From: Camelus dromedarius
Taxonomy: Eukaryota
Assembly (NCBI RefSeq): GCF_036321535.1
Contig: NC_087447.1
Location: 39,806,001 to 39,870,000 of the forward strand
Direction of reading: 5' to 3'
Length of the DNA: 64,000 bases
A program made the translations under genes and the position numbers. Of this stretch, positions 1 through 13,510 are shown one piece after another. Under the pieces are notes generated by a model. The model was not told the origin of the DNA, did no database searches, and saw nothing but the letters and a program-made list of their open reading frames with translations. Numbering within the stretch: the first letter of the stretch is position 1; each line of letters begins with the position of its first letter.

Positions 1-199
1 TTTTGTGTTTAAATTTTAGCTCATTTTTGTGAAAATTATCTAAATTTTATTTAGCGATTTTCCAGAATACATTACATATTCTGTATAGGAATCCTTTGAT
101 AGAGATGTACACTGCAAATACCTTTTCCATGCCCTTGGCTTGCATTTCACGCACTCCATGTTGTATTTTGATAGGAAATACTTAAGCATCAATTTATTA

Positions 200-775
200 T
201 ATTTTCCTTCTGAATGATTGTAATTGATACCATGTTTTTAATTTCACTTTCCACTTGTTAATTTCAAGTATTTGGAAATACAATTGATTTTTGTGTGTTG
301 ATCTTGTTTCCTGTGGCATTGCTACTGTCTCATTCATTAATTTAGGAGATTGTTTTTGTTTGTTTGTTTGTTTTAGATTCCTTGGGATTTTCTATGTAGA
401 TGATTATCTCATCAGCAAATAGGGACAGTTTTGTTTCTTCCTTTCCAATTTGTGTTCCTTTTATTTTCTTTATTGCTTTATTGTGCTGGCAAGGCCATCT
501 AGTACTATGTTGAACAGGAGTGGTAAGAGTGAACAACCTTGTCTTGTTCTTGAATTTAGGGGGAATTTGCAGTCTTTCAACACAAGTATGGTATTACCTG
601 ACAGTTTTTTATAGATACTCTTTATCAAGATGAGAAAGATTCCCTTTATTCCTAATTTGCTTGATGTTTTTATTACAAACAGAAAACAGATTTTGTCAAA
701 TGTTTGCTTTTGGACGAGTTAATATCATCATGTGGTTTTTCTTTGGCCTGTTAATATGGTGGTTAAATTGTTTGT
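200..775 (-). mobile_element. Old LINE-1 ORF2 fragment (reverse transcriptase core)
   Basis: ORF 342..536(-) contains [30 protein letters not shown], matching the L1 RT motif IKGIQIGKEEVKLSLFADDMILYLENPKDS; degenerate. Confidence 0.9.
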
Positions 776-785
776 CTAAAAAAAA

Positions 786-2530
786 TTTTTTGTTGTTGTT
801 ATTGACGTATAGTCAGTTTACAATGTTGTGCCAATGTTCAGTGCACAGCACAATTTTTCAGTCATACATGAACATACATACATTCATCTTTATATTCTTT
901 TTCAGCGTAAGCTACTACAAGGTATTGGATATGTTTCCCTGTGCTATACAGTATAAACTTGTTTATCTGTTTTGTATATACCAGTCAATATCTGCAAATC
1001 TTGAATTCCCAGTTTATCCCTTCCCTCCTGCCTCCCCCTGGCAACCACAAGTCTGTATTCTATGTCTGTGAGTCTGTTTCTGTTTTAAATATAAGTTCAT
1101 TTGTCATTTTCTTTTTTAGAATCCACATATGAGTGATATCAATGATATTTTTCTTTCTCTTTCTGACTTACTTCACTTAGAATGACAAACTCCAAGACCA
1201 TCTATGTTGCTGCAAATGGCATTATTTTATTCTTTTTATGGCTGAGTAGTATTCCTTTGTATAAATATACCACTTTTTTATCCAGTCATCTGTTGATGGA
1301 CATTTAGGTTGTTTCCATGTCTTGGCTATTGTATATAGTGCTGCTATGAACATTGGGGTGCATGTATCTTTTCAAATTAAAGTTCTCTCTAGATATATGC
1401 CCAGGAGTAGGATTGCTGGATCATATGGTAAGTCTATTTTTAGTTTTTGAGGAATTTCTGTACTGTTTTCCCTAATGACTGACTGCACCAAAATACATTC
1501 CCATCAGCAGTGTAGGAGGGTTCCGTTTTCTCCACAGCCTCTCCAGCGTTTATCATTTGTGGACTTTTTAATTATAGCCATTCTGACTGGTGTGAGGTGA
1601 TACCTCATTATAGTTTTGATTTGCATTTCTCTGATAATGTGATAGTGAGCATTTTTTTCACGTGCCTATTGGCCATTTGTATGTCTTCATTGGAGAATTG
1701 CGTGTTTACAGGTCTTCTGCCCGTTTTTTGATTGGGTTGTTTTTTGTTTTTAAGTTATATAAGCTGTTCATATATTCTGGAAATTAAACCTTTGTCCATC
1801 ACATCATTTGCAAATATTTTCTCCCATTCCATAGGTTGTTGTTTTGTTTCACTTATGGTTTCCTTTGCTGTGCAAAAGCTTATAGGTTTAATTAGGTCCC
1901 ATTTGTTAATTTTTGCTTTTATTTCTATTGCCTGGGTAGACTGCCCTAGGAGGACATTGCCATGATTTATGTCAGAGAATGTTTTGCCTGTGTTTTCTTC
2001 TAGGAGGTTTATCATATCTTGTCTTATATTTAAGTCTTTAAGCCATTTTGGGTTTATTTTTGTGTATGGGGTAAGGGAGTGTTCCAACTTCATTGATTTA
2101 CATGCTGCTATCCAGTTTTCTCAACACCACTTGCTGAAGAGACTTGTCTTTTCTCCATTGTATATTCTTGCCTCCTTAGTTGAAGATTAATTGTCCATAG
2201 TTCTGTGGGTTTATTTCTGGGCTCTCTATTCTGTTCCATTGATTGATGTGTCTGTCTTTATGCCAATACCACGCTGTTTTGATTATTGTAGCTCTGTAGT
2301 ATTGTCTGAAGTCTGGGAGAGTTATTCCTCCAGCTTCATTCTTGTTCTTCAATATTGCTTTGGTAATTCTGAGTCTTTTGTGATTCCATATAAATTTTAG
2401 AATAATTTGTTCTACTTCTGTGAAAAATGTCCTGGGTGATTTGATAGGGATTGCATTAAATCTATGTATTGCCTTGGACAGTGTGGCCATTTTAGCAATA
2501 CTGATTCTTCTAATCCAAGAGCATGGGATA
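786..2530 (-). mobile_element. Younger 5'-truncated LINE-1 (cetartiodactyl/camelid type): ORF2 C-terminal part, 3'UTR and tail
   Basis: ORFs 2176..2490 and 1755..2093 give near-consensus ORF2 ([39 protein letters not shown]) broken by frameshifts; T-rich tail at 786-800. Confidence 0.95.
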
Positions 2531-3233
2531 GCTAAAGTACTACTTACATGGAATTGTAGAGCATGTATTCTTTTGCATTTGGCTTATTTGCTCAGCAAAA
2601 TATTTTTGCTCTAGCATAAATTTTTATTTACTCTTCTATTTGATGATCATATAAGCTGTTTCTAGTTTGAGGGTGTTATAAATAAACTATAAACATTTCC
2701 TTAAAAGTACTTTTGTGAACCCCAATTTTAGGTTCTGTTGGGATAATACCTAGGAGAGGAACTGTTAGGTTACGAATTAAGTCTGTGTTTAACTTTATAA
2801 GAAATTTCAAAACAGTTTATCATACTGGTAGTGCTGTTTTCCATTACCACTAGTAATATATGAGTTCCAAATGTTCTGTATCCTCAACATTTGGTGTTAG
2901 TTTTTTTTTTAATTTAGCTTTTTCTTTATTCTTCTTTCTCCTTTCCCTTCTTCTCCTCCTCCCTCTTTTTTTGTAATAACTTCTTCATCAGATTAAAGAG
3001 ATTTCTCTTCTGTTCCTAATCTGCTGTAGGATTCTATCACTTGTAAGTGTTGAATTTTATCAAATACGTTTTTTGCATTTGTTGAGTAACTTGTATAATT
3101 CTTCTCATTAATTTTGTTAATGCAGTGACATATTGGTTGATGTTTTAACAAATATATTGAAGCACAATTTCTGTACCTTAAAATCACCAAATTCTAACGT
3201 AGAATTTAATGAGTTTTAGGAAATATACACCTT

Positions 3234-3252
3234 TGTGTGTGTGTGTGTGTGT
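3234..3252. repeat. (TG)n microsatellite
   Basis: Direct reading. Confidence 0.9.
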
Positions 3253-3424
3253 AACCACTATAACAAGCTATCACCCAAAATGTTTCATTGTTCCCTGTTG
3301 CAGTTCATTCCTAATCTTATTCTAGACTCTAGGCAGCCTCTGAGATGCTTTCTGTCTGTGTAATTTTGTTATTTCTAGAAATTCTATATAAATGAAATCA
3401 TAAAATATGTGGCCTTTTGTGTCC

Positions 3425-3684
3425 TTTCCCACATGGCAAGGAACTGAGGCCCTCTGCCAACAACCATGTAAGCAAGCCATCTTCAAAGCGTATTATCTGA
3501 TCTCCATCAAATCTCCAGATGACTGTAGCCTCAGCTGATATCTGGACTGCAACTTCATGAGAGACCCTGAGAACCATCTGAGCAACTCTCAAACTCTTGA
3601 TCCATACTAACTGAGATAATAAATATTTTTGTTTCAACTGTGAAGTACTGAGGTAATTCATTATGCAGCAGTAGATAACTAATA
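3425..3684 (+). mobile_element. MaLR LTR (MLT1F-like)
   Basis: cacatggcaaggaactgaggcc...ccagatgactgtagcctcagc...gagagaccctgag...AATAAA...ttatgcagcagtagataactaata typical MLT1 3' end. Confidence 0.8.
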
Positions 3685-4698
3685 TGCTTGCATTCCTGGA
3701 ACAAGCCCAGTTGGTCATGAGGATCGTTTTTACATACCCCTGTATTCAATTTGCTATTGTTTTATATAGAATTATTGTTCAGTTTAATGAAAGATAGTGA
3801 TCTATAACTTTTCTATCTTGTAATGCCCTTTTCAGGTTTTGTTATCAGAATTATTCTGACTCATAAAATGAATTGAGAAGTTCCCTCACATTTTTATGCT
3901 CTTAAAGAGTTTTTGGAAAAAGTAGTAATTTTCTTTATTATGTATTTAGAAGAATTCAAGAGTGAAAACATTTAAACCTGGAGTTTTCTCTGGAGAAATT
4001 TTGAAAATTACAAATGGGATTTCTTTTATAGACGTGGAACTTTTTGAAAAAATTTTTCTTTGTATTTCAGTTTTGTTAATTTTTGTTTGTACAGTAATTT
4101 ATCCATTTTTTAACTGTTAAATTCATTGCCATAATGTCATTTTTCATATCCTCTTATCTTTGTATCATGGGATGTATGTAATTCTTGAAATTCATAATTC
4201 GTTCTCTCTTTTTTCCGTCAACCTTTTCATCAATTTGTTGATTTAATAATCTTTTCAAAGAAACTTAGACTTTGTTAAGTTTCTCTATTATGTTTGCATC
4301 CCATTTTATTGTTCTCTGCTTTTATCTTTTATTACTGCCTTCTTTCTACTTAATTTAGGTTGATTTTCTCTTTTTTTCCTAGCCTGAAAAGTTGAAAGCC
4401 TTTATAATTTATTTTCAGCTTTTCTGGTTTTTGGTAATACATATGTTTAACATTTAAAATTTTTCTCTAGGCACTGCCTTAGCAGTTTCCTACCAATTTT
4501 TATAGGAAGTATTATTTTTGCTATTATTCAATTTAAAATATTTTCTAACATTCACTGTGATTTCTTTTTTGATCCATGGGCTATTAAAAAGTGAATGCTT
4601 AACTTCCAAATCTCTAGACATTTTCTAATAATGTTTTGTAAAATTGATTTATAGTTTAAACCGACTGTGTTCAGAGAATACATTTTATATTCTTGGGA

Positions 4699-4819
4699 TT
4701 CAAAGTGTGGTTTGTGAGCCCAAAAACATCAGTTATTTGGGGGCTTGTTGGAAATTCAAAATCTACATTTTGTCAAGATCCTGGCTGGTATCTATCTGAC
4801 TAAAGTTTGAGAAGCACTA
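4699..4819. mobile_element. hAT-Charlie MITE (MER5-like)
   Basis: tcaaagtgtggt...catcag...cttgttggaaat...aaagtttgagaagcact ends resemble MER5A. Confidence 0.65.
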
Positions 4820-5505
4820 CTTCACATTATTTCAGTCCTTTGAAATGTGTTGAGGTTTGCTTTATAACTCACATCACAGTCTATTTTGGTGTATGTTCCA
4901 CCCACATTTGAAAATAGTGCACTTTGTACAGTGGTTCAGTGTGCTGTTCTATAAATATTTATTAAGTCAGGATGGTTAATCATAGATTTCAAATCTTTTA
5001 TATACTTAACGAATTTTTATCTCCATATTAGTTCTTTAAGGAGGCCTGTTAAAATTTCCAACTATAATTGTGGATTTGTGTATTTCTTTTTTTAGTTCTA
5101 TTAACTTTGGCTTTATATTTTTTCAGATATACTATTAGGTGCCTACATGTTTAGAGTTTTTTCATCTTCTGTTTACCATTTTATCATATGAAATTTCCTC
5201 CTTAACCTTTAGTCATATTTTTTTCCTTAGAATTTTATTAATTTTTTATATATGTATGTATATTTATATTTATATCAACTTTCTTTGGATTAGTACTTGT
5301 ATCTTATGTCTTTTTCCTTCTTTTTCTTTCAATCTGTCTTAACTTTATATTTAAAAGTGTTTTGTGTGTAAACATTATAATTATCCTTTTTAAAAAATCT
5401 AGTCTTTTAGTATTTATCTTTTAATTGCAGTTTTTCATGCATTTATATTTAATGCACATACTTAGTAATATAATTGAATTTAAATCTGCCAACCTTCTAC
5501 TTATT

Positions 5506-5583
5506 GTTTATTTTATTTTATTTCTTTTAACATTTTTTTATTGAGTTATAATCATTTTACAATGTTGTGTCAAATTGCAGTGG
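5506..5583 (-). mobile_element. Ultra-short LINE-1 3' end with tail
   Basis: ttattgagttataatcattttacaatgttgtgtcaaatt preceded by T-rich tail; TSD acttatt at 5499-5505 and 5584-5590. Confidence 0.8.
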
Positions 5584-6303
5584 ACTTATTTTTTGTTTGT
5601 CCATTCTACTTCTTTGTTTCTTCATTGCTCTTTCCTTGCCCTCTTTTGGATGAACATTTTTTAATTTTACCTTTTTTTCTCTATTAGCTTTGAGTCACAT
5701 ATTCTTTTATTTTTCATTTAGTGGTTACCAAATAAATGACAATATTTCCTTTGATTTGTTAAAGTCTACCTTAAATGAATACTTCTGCCATTTTCTGAAT
5801 AATGCAAGAAATTTACAACAGTTTATTCCATTATCTCCTTCTCATCTTTTATGTTATTGTTGTCACACATTTTATTACTACCTATATTTGAATCTCCAAA
5901 TGAGATTATTACCATTTTTCTAAACAGTAAAAATTCACTTATGTTATCTATATATTTATTCTTTTCAGTGGTCTTTATTTCCTCCTTCAGTTTCATGCTT
6001 CAACCTGGGGTCATTTTCATTCAGTTTGAAGAATTTTCTTGAGTCTCTCATAGTGCGTCTTCTATTGACCAAGATTCTCAGCTTTTGCTTGTTTGAAAAT
6101 TTTTACTTTAGTATTGAAGGATGAAATTCTAAGTTGGCAGATTTCTTTAAAATTTCAATATTTTGAAGATTTCATTCACTGTCTTCTGTCTTCTGCAGTT
6201 TCTGCTGAAAAAGTAACTGAGTTTTATTCCTTTAAGGACAGTGTACCTTTTTGCCCTCTATTTGCTTACAATATACTCTTTGTCTTTGATTTTCAGCAGT
6301 TTG

Positions 6304-6362
6304 TTTTTATTTTTTATTTATTTTTCATGTATTGAGGTCTGATTTACAAATGAAATTGTAAC
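6304..6362 (-). mobile_element. Ultra-short older LINE-1 3' end
   Basis: T-rich tail plus tattgaggtctgatttacaaatgaaattgt; TSD tcagc(a/t)gtttg at 6293-6303 and 6363-6373. Confidence 0.65.
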
Positions 6363-6941
6363 TCAGCTGTTTGACTATAGATACAACTCGGAGTTTGAAG
6401 ACCTCTTTGAATTTGTGGTTTGATATATTTCATTAGGTTTGAAAATTTGGGGGTTAGTATATCTTTAAATATTCTTCTGTTCTTATTTCTTCTCATCTGC
6501 TTCCGGAATTCCAATTATATATGTGTTAGATTTTCACATTGTATCCTTTGCTTCTCTTATATTCTTTTTTATAATTTCCAGTCTTTTTTCTACTCTGAAC
6601 TTCAAAATGTATGTTTTCACTTCCAGTTTTTAAATCCTCTTTTTGCTGTATTGTAATCTGCCTTTATGCCCGTCTCCTGAATTTGTAATTTCAGTTTCAA
6701 TGTATTTTTCACTTCTAGAATTTCCATTTGACCTTTTTAAATAGTTGCTAGTTATGTATTGAAATTTTTATTTTTTTACATGTTAATTATGATTATTTAA
6801 AATGCTTGTTTGATAACTCCAATTTCTAATTCACTCTGGATCTTTTTCTGTTGTCTGTAGCAGCTCCCAGATAGATGACCTCACCTCCTACACCACTGAC
6901 ATTGCCTAACTGACGTCCATATTTTAAAAGTATTATTTAAT

Positions 6942-7993
6942 GTGACACCGAAAGTCTAGGTACAAAAGTAAAAATAGTTAAATGGACTACATCAAAATTG
7001 AAAACTGTGCATCAAAGGACACAAACAACAATGAAAAAGAAACCTAATGGGAAAAACATTTGTAAATCATGTATCTGATAACAGGTTAATATCCTGAATA
7101 TTTAAAGAACTACAACTCAACAACAACCCAAACAACCTGATTAAAAATGGACAAAGGACTTGAATAGACATTTCTCCAAAGATTTGCAAATGGCCAACAA
7201 ACACATAAAAGATGCTCTATACCACTAATATTAGAAAAATGCAATTAAAAACCACAATGAGATACCATCTTACATCCATTAGGATGGCTACTATCGAAAA
7301 AGCAGAAAATAGGAAGTGTTGATGAGAATGCAGAGAAATTGGAACCCTTGTGCACTGTTGGTGGGGATGTAGAATTGCATAGTCACAGAAGAAAACAGTA
7401 TGGTGCTTACTCTAAAAATTGGACATAGAATTACCATATGATCCAGCAATTTCACTCCTGAATATATACCCCAAAGAATTAAAAGCAGGATCTCAAAGGG
7501 AGATCTATACACCCATATTCATAGCTGTATTTTTCATTATAGCTAAAAGGTTAAATCAACCCACATGTCCATCAACAGATGAATGGAAAAACAAAATGTG
7601 GTATGTGCAAACAATGGAATATTATTCAGACTTAAAAAGGAAGAAAATTCTGACATACGCTACTACATAAATAAACCTTAAGGACATTATGCCAAGTGAA
7701 ATAAACCAGTTACAAAGAGACAAATATTGTATGATTCCACTTATATGAAATACTTAAGAGTAGTCAAATTCATAGAGACAGAAAGTAAAATGGTGATTGC
7801 CAGGGGCTGGGGAAAGGAGGAGTGGAGAATGGAGACTTGTTTAATGGATATAGAGAAAAAGAGTTTTGGAGACTGACTGCACAAAAATATAAATGTGTTT
7901 AACACTATTGAACTGTACTCTTAAAAATGGTTAAGATGGTACATTTTATGTTGAGTATATTTTACAATTAAACAATAAAAATTTCAAATATAA
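6942..7993 (+). mobile_element. 5'-truncated LINE-1 (L1MB/L1MA-like): ORF2 end and 3'UTR
   Basis: ORF 7419..7670 ELPYDPAISLLNIYPKE...CPSTDEW; 3'UTR ttgccaggggctgggg...aaaaatggttaagatggt; TSD aaaagtatt(a/c)ttta(a/g)t at 6926-6941 and 7994-8009 at a TTTT/AAAA endonuclease site. Confidence 0.92.
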
Positions 7994-8099
7994 AAAAGTA
8001 TTCTTTAGTATATTTGTTGCAACAAAGGTGAACTTTTCTTAGTAGACATTTTTAGCACACATTAAACTGGATGATAATAACATGGTTAATAAATCTATT

Positions 8100-11000
8100 A
8101 GTGCTGTAAATTAACTGATAGAAATTTTAATGTGAAATCATTCCACCTTAGATAAATCCAAATAAGCAATTTACTTTTAATAAACATGTATCTTCAATTT
8201 GCCAATTATGTTTAGGACTTTGGAGTCTAGATTTCTTGAAGAGATGTGTCCATAATTTTCTTTTCCTATTTCATCCTTGTCTGGCTTTGGTATTAATGTT
8301 TTATTAGACTCACAAAACAAATTGAGTGCTTTACCATCTTTTTAATCTTCTTTTGAAAGTTTATATAAAAGAAGATTGTCTCCCTTTTTAAAAGTTTGGT
8401 AAACTTCACTCATAACACATGGTGTTGTTGAGAGATATTTGACTATTAATTCAGTTTCTTAAGTAACTGACTATTTAGGTTTTCTATTTCTTTTGGAATA
8501 AATCTTGGTAATATAGTTTGCTAGATTTTTAATTTTATTTAAAATTTGTTGGCATAAACTTGTTAACTATATTCTTTTATGTTTTTAAAAATATATCTAC
8601 TGAAACAAGCACTCTTCTGGTTACTGTAAGTATCCAGTCAGGTTTCAGAGTTCCGACATAGTTTATTCAAACAGCTCTTTCCAGCTCATCCATTGCTTTG
8701 GTGAAGAAACCAACTCCTAGAGCTTCCTACTCCACCATTTCGCATGAAGTCACTCTGATCTGGGCTGACCTCATCTTTAAGAAACGCGTAAGCCAGGAAG
8801 AAGAGTGTATAGCAGTCTTCTTCAGTTTTACTTTCTCATTGGTATTTCTTGTAAGACATCTACCAGCAATAAAACCTCTTTGCTTTTGTTCATATGAGAA
8901 TGTCCTACCTCACCTTCATTTTTCACAGATAGTTTTTTATTGTAAGATATTTGGTTAACAGCTCTTTTTTTTTCTTAAGTTTTTTTTTTAGCACTCTGAA
9001 TATGTCATTCCATTTTCTGATAGCCTCCACTGTTTATGATAAGAAGTCAACAGTTAATATTGGTGTAGCTTACTATGTGACGAGTAGTTTTTCTCTCCCC
9101 ACTTTCAAGATTTTCTCTCTGTCTTTTAACATTTTGACTATGATGTATCTGGATATGTATCTCTTTGTGTTTATCTTGGAGTTTGCTGAGCTTCTTGAGT
9201 GTGTAGGTTCATGTTTGTTACCAAATTTTGGAAAATTTCAGCCATTAACTTTTGGAATATTTTCTCTATAACTTTCTTTCCTTCCTTTCTGATACTCTTA
9301 TTACATATATGATGTCCCATGTTTCTCTGAGACTCTGTTTTCTTCCTTTTTTATTTTTCTGTGTTCTTCAGATTGCATAATTTCTATTGATGTATCTGAA
9401 AATTAGTTGATTCTTTCTTCCACCAGCTCAGATCTACTATTGAGCCCCTCTAGTGGATTTTTCATTTGGTTATTGTACTTTTTAACTCCAGAATTTTATT
9501 GATTTTTTAAAACAATTTCTAGTTCTTGATTGACATTCTCTATCTGATGAGACATTGTCATTTTCTTTAATTCTTGACATTTGTTTTCCTTAGGTTCTTT
9601 GAACATACTTCTAATAATTGCTTTGAAGTTTTGTCAGCTAATTCCACCATCTGTGCCCCTCTTTGGGTGGCAGTTTTTACTGCCTGCATTTTTTTCCTGT
9701 ATATGGGTCACACTTTACTGTTTCTTTTTATATATCTTATAGTTTTTTTGTTGAAAATTTGACATCTTAGACATTTTATTGTGGCAACCTGAATACTTAT
9801 TGTCTCATTCCCAAGAAGTTGTTTATTTTCTTTGCGTGGTTGTTTGCTTATTTCTTTAGTGACTTGGCTGAACTAATTATGCAAAGTCTTTTTCTCCTTT
9901 AGTATGCAGCCTCTAATTTACCTATTCAGGTTTTCCCTCTTTGTTTGCATCTTTTTAGCCTGGATACCTAAGTGTCACTCCTTGGTTAGCATAAGTCACT
10001 TATTAGTCAAAGGTTGTGCTTAAGCTCCCTTAGCCAGTTAGATTTTTTACCTTTTACTGTTGGTTGTGTGTGTTTTGCAGCCCGCTTTCACAATTCAGGA
10101 TGTTTACATTTTTGCACCACATTCAGCTAGGGACTGGTAACTCTGAGTTTCCTTCTCTAATCACTCCTGAGAGGTTGCACCTAGTGCATCACACATTCTT
10201 CCAGATTATCAGTGATGAGTGTGATTTTTAAGACTGGCTTCTTAGTCATTGCCTCTGGGGCAGAGTAGCTCATTGTTTACTCAGTGTTTGGTCATATGTG
10301 TACAGGCAGACCTCTGCTTTATCGCAATTTGTAGACACTGCATTTTTTACAAACTGGAGGTTTGTGGCAATCCTGTGTTGTCAGATGATGGTTAGCATTT
10401 TTTAACAATAAAATGTTTTTAAATTAAGTACATTTAAAATGTACTTTTTTAAAAGACATAATGCTATTGCACACTCAATAGATTACAGTATGGTATAACC
10501 AAACCAAAAAATCTGTGTGACTCATTTTATTGTTATGTTCACTTTATTGTAATGATCTCGAACTGAATCTGCAGTATCTCCAAGGTGTGCCTGTATATAA
10601 TCCCCTTGCTCCATTGATGACTCTTGTGATGATGGATCCATATGTGGCTTAGGGAAAGCTCTCAGTTCTGCCCCATGTCCTGCTCTGATTGCTCCTTCAT
10701 GGGTGCAGCCTTGCATATGCACACAGCTTTCCTGACCCCAGGGTTGGCTGTGACCCCTGGAGGCCTGTTCTTGGCTCTCTTTTCCTGGTTCTCTCTATTA
10801 AATTTCTGTCTGTCTGCTTTGCTATTTGGCCTTCTCTTCATTGTTCTCCACTCAATCTTTATGGTTTTCATCAACCTTCTTAGGCAAGGAATTCTCCATT
10901 CTCTTTTCAAATTGCGGGTCCCCTCAGGCACACCTGCAGAGTTTTTCATTTCCTGACCTACCTCTCCCCCCAGGCACAAGCCTGTGCTACTACACCTGAA

Positions 11001-11690
11001 TTGGGGGTGGAGACCAGCTTTTTTTTTTTTTCCTTCTATGACACCCTTGCTGCACAAGAGGAGACTGGGAGTAGAGGAGAAGGGAGTGACAATTCCTTGT
11101 CTTCTTGGCTTGACTCTCCTGGCCTGGAAACTCTGCTCTGTGAGTACGTGGGGTGATGGTGGGAAGTGATTTGAGCCCTAATGTTCTCAGCCTTGAGTGC
11201 CTTGGGTAGAGTTTCTATTCTATGAGTGGGGGCTGAGTGGAGAAAGGGAGCCTTGGTCCTCTGGGATGCCTGCCTGGAACAGAGCCTCTGCAATACAAGA
11301 CTGAGGTTGGGGTGAGGGGAGGAGGGTGGTGGTGGATGAGAAGCCCCAGCAGCATGACCCTGCTGGGTTGAACTTATAACCCCAGACTGGGGGGATGAGG
11401 AAAGAAGGAGTCCTCACTTTCTTGGCTGCTTCTTCACAGCTATTTCTGCCTGGAGTTGAAGACCTAGGGTAGAGTTTCCATAACATGTAGCTCAGAGCAT
11501 GTAAAGGAGTGAGTGGTGGCTCACCATTCTTACCAAGATTTAGTAGATTTTCTTAAATGAATGTTTCTCTATTTGCTGTATGTCTTTAGGACAGCTTGCA
11601 GAGTCTTTTAATTATTGTTTTCTTAAAATAATTTCCTCCACTTACATTGTTGTTTTGTTGGGGAGAGGGTCCATTCTGGAAGTCCCACCC
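8100..11690 (-). mobile_element. Ancient LINE-1 fragments including ORF1 and 5' region (L1M4/L1MC-like)
   Basis: Antisense ORF1-like stretch 8850-9800; 5' regions ending cttcctactccaccatt (about 8740) and ccattctggaagtcc (about 11680), typical of old L1 5' ends. Confidence 0.7.
10303..10593 (+). mobile_element. Tigger1-derived non-autonomous element (Tigger1a-like)
   Basis: TIRs CAGGCAGACCTC...AAGGTGTGCCTG flanked by TA (10301-2, 10594-5); ttttttacaaactggaggtttgtggcaatcctg matches Tigger1 left end. Confidence 0.9.
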
Positions 11691-11779
11691 GCCAAATGAT
11701 CTTTTGAAAATGGAAACTTAGGGAATGATTTTCCTGCTCTGAAACTATTCTTCGTCTCTAATTTAATAAATTTAATGAT

Positions 11780-12470
11780 TCTCTGTTGCTTTTAGGGTAA
11801 AATCTAAAATTCTTAATTTGGCCAACCTGCAAAATCTAGCCTCTCTCTCTAGCCGCAATTTGAGCCAAATTCTTTCTTCCTCTTTTCCCTGGCCACACAG
11901 GGTCTCTCCCAGTTCCTCAGACATGCCAAGCTCTCTTCCGCCTCAGGACCCCACTCATGCAGTTTTCCTGTGCTTGGAAACCCGTGTCATCCTTTCTTTA
12001 CGTGGCTAATTTCTACTCATTGTTCAGAATTCAGCCTGAGCATCACACTTCAGCAAAGTGCTCTCATTGTGTCCTGACATGGGGAGATCCAATGCTTCCC
12101 TGGAACATAGACCACCCACACCTGTAATACTTTCATTATTTTCATTATTGTTTATTGTTTAACAATGTTGCCTTCTCTGTTTGAATGTGAGCTCCCCGAG
12201 GGGTTGTTTTCTCTCGGGCATTCCCATGGACCTCAACAAAGACTTGCCTTGATGGATTGCTCAACTGTAGAGCCTTTCAGCATGGAGAAGAGTGCTGAAT
12301 TATCCTGCAATGCAAGGCTGGGAACCATACCATAGTTACTGATATTTTTTTTTTTTACTCTTCATCTCTTTGCAATTTATGCACTTGTTCTAAAGCAATT
12401 GTGTTTTGGTTAAGGCAAATCTCTTTCTAAATAAACCCCAATAAATGATTTTTGAATGAATGAATGAATA
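11780..12470 (+). mobile_element. LINE-2 3' remnant
   Basis: L2-like motifs (ggctaatttctactcattgttcag, gaatgtgagctccccgaggg) ending in (GAAT)n tail at about 12453-12470. Confidence 0.65.
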
Positions 12471-13354
12471 ATACCTGCTTATCCTCAAGGGCTAGAGAAA
12501 TAAGTGAAAAGCATTTCCTTATTGAATTTTGGTGCTTTCCTGTTTTGTGTGTAGCCATAGCAGGCCTCCTAATAGTAGTGGGAGAGAAATGTACAGCATG
12601 GTGGCTTCAGTTTGTGTTTCCCCTTTTGCTAGATTTTCCAGGGGTGGAGGGTTGTAGCCCCTATGTGTGCCATTGTCCTGCCTATGGGAAACAAGGTGTG
12701 CATTCCAAGCAACTGACTTATAATTGGACTTTTGGAATGCAACCGGATCTAAATTGCAGAACCACCTATATAATACTCAGACAACCAGAAAGGAGTAACT
12801 TCTTTGGACTTTCTGAGTTTTCTTTACTCCCCCCTTTTGTTCTATTTCCATCTAAAATTTTTCCTAGCTTTAAAATAAAAGAAAGTGTCTGTATACAGAA
12901 AGGAGAAAGTAAGGCCTTTTTGGTTTTCACAGTAGCTAAAGAATGTGCTGGAATCAGGGCAAGATTAGATCAGTAATTTATGATTTTACATAGTGTATAT
13001 TATAGTCGAGAATTTGAACTCATAATTACAATACTTATTTAGATAACCTAGGAAAGGGGGAAGAAAAAGAACCCAAACAAACACTAGCTTAAAAGGCTGG
13101 ATTAGAGCCCCTCAGTTTGTAACAGATAAAAAATAAAATGAAATAAAATAATTTTGAAATGAAATATAGAAGCCACCTCCACTGTACTGAGTCATGTTTC
13201 TCTGTCATTCCACTGTTCACTCTGTATCTCAGGTAATTGATTCTCTCAGTGTTTGACCCAGGGTGGGCAATTGTCAAGTGGATGATTGGATGACTGGGTA
13301 AGTGAATGAATGAACAAACAAATGATATCACATGGATGTAGTTGAAGGGTTTGG

Positions 13355-13510
13355 AAATTTTAGCTTGGAGAACATTTAGATAATACTTGATAGTTTCTTC
13401 AGATATTTGAAGGTTTTTGTTGTTGTTGTTTTGAAAGTTCTGATGAATTTATGAGGTCTAAGCAGGCAGAACCAAGACCAATGCAAAGATTCATTTTAAC
13501 CCAAGAAACA
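13355..13510 (+). mobile_element. CR1/L3 remnant
   Basis: tttagcttggagaa...tgatagtttcttcagatatttgaagg...gcagaaccaagaccaatg resembles the L3 3' ORF region. Confidence 0.55.

Larger units (their letters stand above)
2531..6860 (-). mobile_element. Mosaic of ancient LINE-1 (L1M-type) fragments with nested elements
   Basis: ORF2 remnants NAKNVFDKIQH (2993..3190) and HDQLG (3555..3749), T-rich L1 antisense composition, ORF1-like region near 6000-6850. Confidence 0.75.

Noticed and set aside
661..1071. 136-aa hydrophobic ORF
   Set aside because: Antisense reading across two LINE-1 fragments; F/L/I richness reflects T-rich DNA
1755..2490. ORF2-like ORFs as an active reverse transcriptase gene
   Set aside because: 5'-truncated and frameshifted; non-functional L1 copy
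10662..11057. 131-aa basic ORF
   Set aside because: Lies within an old L1 5' region
12464..12976. 170-aa ORF
   Set aside because: Starts in an L2 (GAAT)n tail, crosses probable transposon relics, no recognisable domain or splice structure
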